This document shows positions 1 through 7,106 of a DNA stretch of 64,000 bases, one piece after another (within the stretch, counting starts at the first letter, position 1; every line of letters starts with the position of its first letter). Made by a program: the position numbers and the translations under genes. The notes beneath the pieces were generated by a model, which was given only the letters and a program-made list of their open reading frames with translations, was not told where the DNA came from and ran no database searches. The DNA is from an uncultured bacterium (GTDB lineage: Bacteria > Muiribacteriota > Ozemobacteria > Ozemobacterales > Ozemobacteraceae), in NCBI GenBank assembly GCA_964596185.1, contig CAZQUE010000001.1, forward strand, positions 135,460 to 199,459, in the 5' to 3' direction.

Positions 1-1247
1 CCCGGCTATATCTCAAAAATGGGGCTAATGAAGATTCGGTTCGCATCTATGAGAAAATCCTGCGACTTGAGCCTGAAAATGCCCTGATCATGGTGGAGCT
101 TGCCAGTTGCCAGATCAAACTAGGGAACTTCGAAGAAGCAACATTTTTGCTTGAACGGGCTCAAGAAATCAAACCCGGGTTTTATGCCGTTTTTCTGACC
201 TTTTCACGTCTTTATGAGGCGCAGAAAGATACTGGCCGTCAGGTGAGTTTTCTAATGCTTGCCGCTAATGCCGCACCTGAAAAAACTGAAATCAGGCTGG
301 CGCTTGCCGATCTTTTGAAAAGGCATGGCGACGTAAATGGGGCAATTTCTCAATATCGTAGCTTGATCGAAGAGCATCCAAGACTCGAACCGGCTTTATT
401 CGCTGCAGGTATCTTGCTGATGAACCGAAATGAGCTTGCCGAGGCGATGATGTGCTTTCGGCGTATACTTAATTTTAATCCTGGTGCTTTTGATGCTCAT
501 TTTAACCTCGCCAACTGTCTTTTCCGCCAGAAAAAGTATCAGATGGCAATTACTCATTTCCGTTTTGCCAGCAGAAGTAAAAAAATGGTCGAACGCTCAC
601 TTTATCTTTCAGCACAATGTCATCTGCAGTTAGGTGATTACGACCGGGCGATCGTTGCCATGGAACAGCTGGTAAATCATGACGAAAACAATATTTCTTA
701 TCAGAAAAGTCTTGCAGAAATTTACTCGGCGGCCAAAGAGCACGATCTGGCTCGCGACACATGGCGTTTGCTGTCAAAGCTGGCTCCAGAACGCCCTGAA
801 TTCATGGTCAAATATGCTGAGTCCCTGGTGCGATTGAAGGATTTCGATCGGGCAGAAAAGGCTCTCGACAATCTCTTCCGAATGCATCCAGGGCACATCG
901 AGGGACATCGTATTCTTGGTGAAATCTATCTGTTAAGGGGCCAATACTCTGCAGCAATCGAAGAATTCAAGCGCACTCTGATGATCAATGAAAACTATGC
1001 CGCGGTTTATCTTGGCCTGGCAAAAGTTTTTGCTGAAACCGGTGAAATGGAAAAAGAATATCAGGCTCTTGAAAAGGCCTGTGAACTAGGTATCGAAGAA
1101 CCACAGATTTTGCTGAAACTTGGCCAGCTTGAAAATCGTTTGAATAAGCCGACCTCGCTCGACAGATTTCGAAGAATCACAGAAATTGCTCCAGATTCAG
1201 ACTGTGCTCTTGAAGCCGAATATTATCTAAGGCACCAGGCCGCCTGA
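1..1247 (+). CDS. TPR-repeat protein, 5' end outside window
   Basis: The reading frame is open from position 3 through the annotated ATG at 90 and already carries TPR-like sequence (YLKNGANEDSVRIYEKILRLEPENA), so the gene starts upstream of the window. The whole ORF is made of repeated 34-aa TPR-like units rich in A, L, Y and N with W/LG/Y/A/F/A/P positions. Stop at 1247. Confidence 0.6.
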   Translation, partial: RLYLKNGANEDSVRIYEKILRLEPENALIMVELASCQIKLGNFEEATFLLERAQEIKPGFYAVFLTFSRLYEAQKDTGRQVSFLMLAANAAPEKTEIRLALADLLKRHGDVNGAISQYRSLIEEHPRLEPALFAAGILLMNRNELAEAMMCFRRILNFNPGAFDAHFNLANCLFRQKKYQMAITHFRFASRSKKMVERSLYLSAQCHLQLGDYDRAIVAMEQLVNHDENNISYQKSLAEIYSAAKEHDLARDTWRLLSKLAPERPEFMVKYAESLVRLKDFDRAEKALDNLFRMHPGHIEGHRILGEIYLLRGQYSAAIEEFKRTLMINENYAAVYLGLAKVFAETGEMEKEYQALEKACELGIEEPQILLKLGQLENRLNKPTSLDRFRRITEIAPDSDCALEAEYYLRHQAA

Positions 1248-1248
1248 T

Positions 1249-1977
1249 TCAATTCAAAGCTATCATTGCCGCGATTCCAGTCAGCTGGATTGCGGCAAAA
1301 ATTCTTTCAGGCCAATTTTTTTCTGGGAAAATTGCCGCTATCAATGCCGCTGCACCGACGAAAATTGCCGGGGCAAATGCAAATCTGGGTGCCATGGCGA
1401 ATAAAAACAGGAAACTCAAGCCTGCCCAGGCCGGCAGAGTGGCAAATTTAGTCCGAAAAGTTGCCAGCGCGGCGATGGCAAATGCGATTAATGGCGCAAC
1501 TTTCACTGGTAAAGACAGAAACGGGCAGCCATGCAGCGGAAAATTGAAGAGGATGAAAATCATCGCCGGCCACACATAAGGCCCAGGCTCAAGAACTTCA
1601 CGGCGAATAAATATGACCGTGGCAACGAACCAGATCACGGCCTTGCTTGCCAAAGCGATAAAAGCCAGCGAGAGACCGGCCTGACGAAAGCTTGCGGCAA
1701 GGATTATGGCGATTGAAGCTTCTACCACAGGGTACTGCCAGGAAATCGGCGCCTGGCAGTAGCGGCATTTTCCCCTTAGCATTAGCCAGCTCAAAACCGG
1801 CAGCAAATCACCGGCATGAAGTCGATGATTGCATTTTGGGCATGCAGAGGGTGGAAAAATAACCGAGGTTCGGCTCGACATTCGCAGAATGACTACGTTA
1901 CAGAAACTGCCCAGGAGACTGCCAAAAACAAGGAAAAAGATGGTTAACAGATTTTGAAGTAACTCTTGCGCTGGCAT
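1249..1977 (-). CDS. pilD: Type IV prepilin peptidase (A24 family, PilD-like)
   Basis: ATG start at 1977. The N-terminal zinc-binding tetracysteine motif (CPKCNHRL...CRYCQAPIS) is followed by a multi-pass membrane domain, which is the typical PilD/A24 architecture. It sits next to the pilin gene. Confidence 0.75.
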   Translation of the reverse strand: MPAQELLQNLLTIFFLVFGSLLGSFCNVVILRMSSRTSVIFPPSACPKCNHRLHAGDLLPVLSWLMLRGKCRYCQAPISWQYPVVEASIAIILAASFRQAGLSLAFIALASKAVIWFVATVIFIRREVLEPGPYVWPAMIFILFNFPLHGCPFLSLPVKVAPLIAFAIAALATFRTKFATLPAWAGLSFLFLFAMAPRFAFAPAIFVGAAALIAAIFPEKNWPERIFAAIQLTGIAAMIALN

Positions 1978-2041
1978 AATTTTCTTTCTATTTGAGGTTA
2001 AAACAGAATAATCGATTTAACCCATGAAGGCAAAAAAAAAG

Positions 2042-2072
2042 AGCGACTGAAACCAGTCGCTCAATTTTGTGA
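2042..2072 (-). terminator. Rho-independent terminator after the pilin gene
   Basis: A hairpin gagcgactg-aaac-cagtcgctc (2051-2072) is preceded on the plus strand by a 9-nt A-run (2042-2050). Read on the minus strand this is a hairpin followed by a T-run, immediately downstream of the pilin stop at 2083. Confidence 0.5.
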
Positions 2073-2082
2073 CTAAGAAAAC

Positions 2083-2427
2083 TTAGCTGTCGTTGCTTTC
2101 AATGGTTCCATGGTTAGAACATTCGATGAGACCATTGTCATCAAGGCCGGTGCCTGAAATGACACAACTCTGCGCTGCTGGCGTAATGGGAGCCTTGAGA
2201 TACTTACCGCTGACGAGTTTACTCATAACGAGTGTGCTCATCATGTCGGTGTGATCCATGTTGTACATTTCAACTGCACCAAGGACAACTCTCATGTTTG
2301 CGTAGCAGGCTTTTTCACGGGCCTGTTCACGAGCCTTTCGGAAGTTAGGAATCGCGATGGCGGCCAGAATACCAATAATAGCGATAACGATCATAAGTTC
2401 AATCAACGTGAAGCCTCTGCGTTTCAT
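2083..2427 (-). CDS. pilA: Type IVa pilin (prepilin with class III signal peptide)
   Basis: MKRRG|FTLIELMIVIAIIGILAAIAIP: a short basic leader, then Gly-Phe(+1), Glu(+5) and a hydrophobic alpha1 helix. ATG start with an AAGGAG SD 8 nt upstream. Total length 114 aa. Confidence 0.85.
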   Translation of the reverse strand: MKRRGFTLIELMIVIAIIGILAAIAIPNFRKAREQAREKACYANMRVVLGAVEMYNMDHTDMMSTLVMSKLVSGKYLKAPITPAAQSCVISGTGLDDNGLIECSNHGTIESNDS

Positions 2428-2471
2428 AAAAACTCCTTTCTTGAAAAAATTACGGTACTACCGTCAACTTA

Positions 2472-2500
2472 ATACTAACTAGAATGATGGGTTTTGTCAA
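2472..2500 (-). promoter_or_regulatory. Candidate sigma70-type promoter for the pilin gene
   Basis: On the minus strand: TTGACA (2495-2500), a 17-nt spacer, then TAGTAT (2472-2477). This lies ~45 nt upstream of the pilin ATG. No sigma54 TGGCAC-N5-TTGC element is visible. Confidence 0.35.
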
Positions 2501-2609
2501 TCACCCCCGGTAGCCCGAAAAAGTTCGTTAATTGTTAGGGTTTTCTACATTATTGTCTGCAACCCTGTTTGACAATTTTTTTCCTTTTCTATATTCTTTA
2601 CCAATCCAA

Positions 2610-4832
2610 ATGGTCGAAAGGCTTTTCCCCTTGAAAAAAGTTCTGGGAGCAACTTTATTAATTCTTGCTCTGGTTTCCCTTACTTTTTTTTTCTCAGATT
2701 TTTTTTATGGCCATTATTCGGGCTCGGAGTACAGAACTTTAGACCCTGATTCGTTATTTTTTTTGCGAATATTTGAAAAAACCATGGCTCAAGGTAATGT
2801 CCCTGCCTATGATAGCTATGGATCATTTCCCGACAGATTCAATTTTCAATACCCGCCATTTCACATGTTCATTTTGCAAAAAACTGCAAACTTTTTGAGT
2901 TTGATCTGGCCTGGCCAAGACCCTCGCTACCTTGTGGGGTGGCTCCCTCCTTTTTTTGGATGGGTTTTGGCTATGATCCTGGTGAGCTTCGTCTGGGCAA
3001 AGACCCGCAATGCTGTTTTGACTTTACTGGTCAGCTTTGCCTGTGTTCCGGGCATTATCTCGACGATAATTTATCAGTTTCAAAGAATCGATTACCATTT
3101 TCTCAACAATTTTTTCATCTGGGTTTGGATCATTTTTGCGGCGTTATACTGTGATGGCAGAAAGCAGTGGCATTTGATCGCAGGTGTCGTTGCTGCGCTT
3201 CTGTTTCAAATGACCTGGGGTGGTACACCCTTGTTTTTTTTCATTGTAACCGTTTATTTTGTGGTTCTGCTTTTTTTCAGATCCGGAATCTTATCTGATT
3301 TTGGCTTCTATTGTTCTTCTTCAATGGTTGTTTCTTCTTTGACCATTTTGCTTTTCCTGGTCATTTCAGGAGTTAAAACATTCAATCTCGGGGGATTGAG
3401 TCTATTGCAGCCCCTGCTGATTCTTTCTGGCGGGATATTCGTGGTTATCGCACTATGGATGCCTTCATTATCCGGGAAAGGTAGATTTGCTCTGCTTGCT
3501 CCGATATTGATTTTTGCCGCATTGCTTTTTCCTTATTTTTTCGAGAAGGTAAAAGATGGTTTTACCTTTGTATCAAATTCTGATTTAAACCTTCAGTCTA
3601 TTAACGAGTTAAGGGCGGGAATCAATTTTTCTCAAATTCTGGTGTCATTTTCAGGAATTATTTCTGCTGTATCGAAGCTGAGACTAGTCTTTTTTCTGTT
3701 TCCATTTCTGATTTTCTTCAATCCATCCGGTCTTTTTGATGGCGGTGGCAAACTTTTGAAGGGCTTTAGCGCGATTTTTCTTCTTATGGGGTGTTTTTCC
3801 GAAAGATATTTTCGTTGGCTGGGCATTTTAATCGGATTTTGGAATGGCGTGGCCCTGTTTTTTCTTTTTTGCGTAATAAGTTCGACTGTAAAGGCGGATG
3901 ATTCAACGGTCTTCAGGAAAAATTTCAAATATTTGTTTTTTCTGCCATTTTTGCTTCTGCACTTTTTCTGGAGTTATCCAATGTTTTATAAACCCAGTTC
4001 TGCTTCTGGAGCTGCGCTGATGTCTGCGATGAATTGGATTCGCGACAATACGCCACCTACCAGCGGTTTCTTAGACAATAAGACTCCGGAATACGGTATT
4101 TACAACTACTGGCATTCAGGTAATGTCGTCAATTACTACGCTCAGCGCCCGACAATCGTAAACAATACCATGGTTGGGTATGGAAAAATGGCCGAAATTT
4201 TTTGCGCTGCAGATGAAGAATCTGCCTATTCGATTTGCGAGAAATATGGGATCAGATATTTTTATATCAACTCTTTTTATGATTTTTCTGATCGATTGGT
4301 CCGGTTTATGAGGGCATACTACCTTAGGCCGGGCGTGACCGGAACCGAATATCTATTCTTTCCTGATTATATTGATAATCCTGAAGATAGCTTTAAGTTC
4401 GACAAGACATTTCACTACTGGCTAAGAAATAAACTGGCAATTGAACCTTCCGGGATGTTCTCTGAAGCTGCTTCCAGACTAAGAATCGTATATTGTGATG
4501 AATATCATAGTGCCAACATGCTGCCCACCTATCTACTTTATGAACTGGTGCGCGGAGCAGTTGTTAAAGGGAATGCCGACGCGGGTTCAGAGGTGGAGGT
4601 TGCTTTGGACTGTCGTTTTGCTGATGTTGAAACCAGATACAGAAGAAAAGTCAAAGTTTCCGATCAGGGCGATTTTTCTATCCGACTTCCCTATGCAAAT
4701 TCATGGAAAAATGGCAATGTTGAAACAGGCAGTGCTTATCAAATCTCAGTCTTTATTGACGGAAAGATGAGTGAGCGCAGCTTTTCTCTTTCAGAAAATG
4801 ATGTGGCAGCTGGTAACGAGATAAAATTGTGA
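2610..4832 (+). CDS. Polytopic membrane protein, putative STT3/AglB/PglB-like oligosaccharyltransferase family (paralog A)
   Basis: There are 12-13 predicted TM helices followed by a soluble C-terminal domain. Motifs resemble the STT3 superfamily: DPDSLFFLR in loop 1 (DxD-like), SFPDRFNFQYPP (compare WFDDRAWYP), and YNYWHSGNVVNYYAQRPTIVNNTMVGYGKM, which aligns to [24 protein letters not shown]...VGKAM. I set the start at ATG 2610 by alignment with the N-terminus of paralog B; the six-frame track began at TTG 2532. Confidence 0.5.
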   Translation: MVERLFPLKKVLGATLLILALVSLTFFFSDFFYGHYSGSEYRTLDPDSLFFLRIFEKTMAQGNVPAYDSYGSFPDRFNFQYPPFHMFILQKTANFLSLIWPGQDPRYLVGWLPPFFGWVLAMILVSFVWAKTRNAVLTLLVSFACVPGIISTIIYQFQRIDYHFLNNFFIWVWIIFAALYCDGRKQWHLIAGVVAALLFQMTWGGTPLFFFIVTVYFVVLLFFRSGILSDFGFYCSSSMVVSSLTILLFLVISGVKTFNLGGLSLLQPLLILSGGIFVVIALWMPSLSGKGRFALLAPILIFAALLFPYFFEKVKDGFTFVSNSDLNLQSINELRAGINFSQILVSFSGIISAVSKLRLVFFLFPFLIFFNPSGLFDGGGKLLKGFSAIFLLMGCFSERYFRWLGILIGFWNGVALFFLFCVISSTVKADDSTVFRKNFKYLFFLPFLLLHFFWSYPMFYKPSSASGAALMSAMNWIRDNTPPTSGFLDNKTPEYGIYNYWHSGNVVNYYAQRPTIVNNTMVGYGKMAEIFCAADEESAYSICEKYGIRYFYINSFYDFSDRLVRFMRAYYLRPGVTGTEYLFFPDYIDNPEDSFKFDKTFHYWLRNKLAIEPSGMFSEAASRLRIVYCDEYHSANMLPTYLLYELVRGAVVKGNADAGSEVEVALDCRFADVETRYRRKVKVSDQGDFSIRLPYANSWKNGNVETGSAYQISVFIDGKMSERSFSLSENDVAAGNEIKL

Positions 4833-4849
4833 AAAAGAGGACTTGAACC

Positions 4850-7093
4850 TTGTTGCGATTGCTTCCAATAGACAAAAAGACCGGGATTTTTCTGGTTTCG
4901 TTGCTTTTGATTCTGGCTTGCTCCTTAACGATGTTCTATTCAGACTACCTTTTCCAAACTTCTGAAAGATCCCAGTATGTGACCAGAGATTCCGATTCGA
5001 TCTTTTTCATGCGTTTGTATGAAAAAGCAATCAATACAGGAAAAATCTCGCAAAAGGACTATTACGGCTCTTTTCCTGATGAACTGGAAATCAAATACCC
5101 ACCGTTTCATTTAAGATTTTTGCTTGAAATCAGCTATTTTCTGATGATGTTTTTGCCGGAAAAATGGTGGGGGATTGATTTTCTTATCGGTTGGATCCCG
5201 CCTTTCTTTGGTTGGATGATCGGCCTGCTGATGATTTTTTATACCTGGAAGAAAACCGGAAATAAAGGACTTACGTTAATGGTTGCCTTTGCCTGCATTC
5301 CCGGCAGAATCGCGGCGATGAGTTCGTTGTTTCTCAAGATAGATTATGATTTTCTGATAAATCTTTTTATCTGGGTCTGGGTTGTCGGTGCAGCAATGTA
5401 TTGTCCAGACAAAAGCCGCTTCTGGCAGTTTGCCGGAACAATTTCATTATTATTGTTTATTTTTACCTGGGGCGGGGTTCCACTATTTTTCTCGGTTGTT
5501 TTCATTTATTCTTTGTTTTTGCAGATTGTTAACCGACAGCTTGGCCAACAATTCGCCGAATATGCCAAATCAACATTTTTTCTCTCTTGCCTGGTGGCGT
5601 TGGTCTACGTTTTATACTCCGGAGAAAAGACCCTGAATATTGGTTATCTTGGTCTCTTCCAACCATTGTTTGGCCTGGCGGTTGCAGTTCTTCTGGTGGT
5701 TTTTGAAAAACTCTTCAGAAAAGAACCTGGAGCAGAGAGCAAAATTGCGCATTACCTTGCAATTGCCACTTTGCCATTGATTGCAATACTGGCAGCATTT
5801 TTCTTCCGTGACCAGCTTAGCAGTGGTTTTTCATTTCTGTTTAACAAAGATCCGCACATGCTCTCGGTGGGTGAACTGCAGCCAATAATCAGCTTTTCAG
5901 AATTGATCAAGGATAGAGATATTTTAATTTCTGCTCTTTATCGATTAAGTCTGATGTTTTTCTTCTTTCCATTGATTTTTTTGGCCAATCCAGGCCGTAT
6001 TTTTTCCGGAGAAGGCCGTTTCGTTCGGGACTTTGCCATTCTGTTTCTGCTCATGGGCTGCTATTCTGTCAGATATTTTCGTTGGGTTGGCCTGGTAATA
6101 GGGTTTTTGAACGGTTTGATCCTGTTCGAGCTGTTTTTAATTTTTTCCCGCCGTTTCTGCAATTCAGAAAGAAAATATGGCCGGCTGTTGCTGATCGTTC
6201 CTCTGATGGTTTTACATTTCGTTTTGAGCTATCCCGTATTTTCAAGAACTGCAGGGATTAAAAAAGCTAATTTGCAGGCTTTGACCTGGATAAATGAAAA
6301 TACTCCACCCACCAGCGGTTACTATGACGAGAAAAGGCCTGAATATTCGATTTTCGCGGTCTGGAGCTACGGGAACCAGATAAATTATTATGCAAGAAGG
6401 CCGACGATTGTAAACAATACCATGGCCGGTTTTGGAAAAATGTCCAGATTGATTACTGCTGAAGATGAAACTCAGGCCTATGAATTATGCAAAAAATACG
6501 GAGTCAGATACTTTTTTATCGATGCCAAATATAGATTGACAGATGAATTGGTTAAATTCATGCAGGTCTATGCGAAAAAAGTAGATGAAAAAGATGTCGT
6601 TTACCGTTTTATCGATGATTCTCAAGAAAGCACGACCCGTTCCAATGGTTTAAAGGAGTCTTTTTATTATTGGTTGGGCAGCAAGCTGGCAATGGAAAAA
6701 AGCTTCAATTTTCCTCAGGCCGCATCGAGATTGCGAATCGTTTATTGCTATGAATACTATTCCGAAAAAATTCCTCCGGAGCATTTGATTTTTCAGCTTG
6801 TTGAAGGCGCAAAGCTCACTGGTAAAGCTGATGCAGGAACCAAGGTCCGTATCGAATTGGATTGTCAGTTTTTCGCGATCAAGAGAAAATTTGTTCAGGA
6901 AACTATTGTGGGTGAAGATGGAAGATTTGAGGCTACTGTTCCTTACTCAAATGGATATAAAAATGGATTTGTGTTTACCGGGCCGAACTATCTGATAACC
7001 AGAATGGTTGAGGGTAATACCGAGAGCAAAGAAGTTCAGGTTTCTGAAAAAGCGGTTATTGATGGTGACCGTATATTGCTGTCGGAACTTTGA
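4850..7093 (+). CDS. Polytopic membrane protein, putative STT3-like oligosaccharyltransferase family (paralog B)
   Basis: This is a tandem paralog of the previous gene, roughly 35-40% identical by eye. Shared blocks include YGSFPD..YPPFH, GW(L/I)PPFFGW, NTPPTSG, YYA(Q/R)RPTIVNNTM.G.GKM and AASRLRIVYC.EY. The WWDYG-equivalent reads AVWSYGN. TTG start at 4850 with an AAGAGGA SD, 17 nt after the stop of paralog A. Confidence 0.5.
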   Translation: MLRLLPIDKKTGIFLVSLLLILACSLTMFYSDYLFQTSERSQYVTRDSDSIFFMRLYEKAINTGKISQKDYYGSFPDELEIKYPPFHLRFLLEISYFLMMFLPEKWWGIDFLIGWIPPFFGWMIGLLMIFYTWKKTGNKGLTLMVAFACIPGRIAAMSSLFLKIDYDFLINLFIWVWVVGAAMYCPDKSRFWQFAGTISLLLFIFTWGGVPLFFSVVFIYSLFLQIVNRQLGQQFAEYAKSTFFLSCLVALVYVLYSGEKTLNIGYLGLFQPLFGLAVAVLLVVFEKLFRKEPGAESKIAHYLAIATLPLIAILAAFFFRDQLSSGFSFLFNKDPHMLSVGELQPIISFSELIKDRDILISALYRLSLMFFFFPLIFLANPGRIFSGEGRFVRDFAILFLLMGCYSVRYFRWVGLVIGFLNGLILFELFLIFSRRFCNSERKYGRLLLIVPLMVLHFVLSYPVFSRTAGIKKANLQALTWINENTPPTSGYYDEKRPEYSIFAVWSYGNQINYYARRPTIVNNTMAGFGKMSRLITAEDETQAYELCKKYGVRYFFIDAKYRLTDELVKFMQVYAKKVDEKDVVYRFIDDSQESTTRSNGLKESFYYWLGSKLAMEKSFNFPQAASRLRIVYCYEYYSEKIPPEHLIFQLVEGAKLTGKADAGTKVRIELDCQFFAIKRKFVQETIVGEDGRFEATVPYSNGYKNGFVFTGPNYLITRMVEGNTESKEVQVSEKAVIDGDRILLSEL

Positions 7094-7106
7094 ATAATTG
7101 ATTGAT

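Noticed and set aside
2532-2609. TTG-initiated 26-aa extension of OST-like paralog A
   Set aside because: Paralog B aligns from MLRLLPIDKK to MVERLFPLKK (ATG 2610). The extension has no SD and no counterpart in paralog B.
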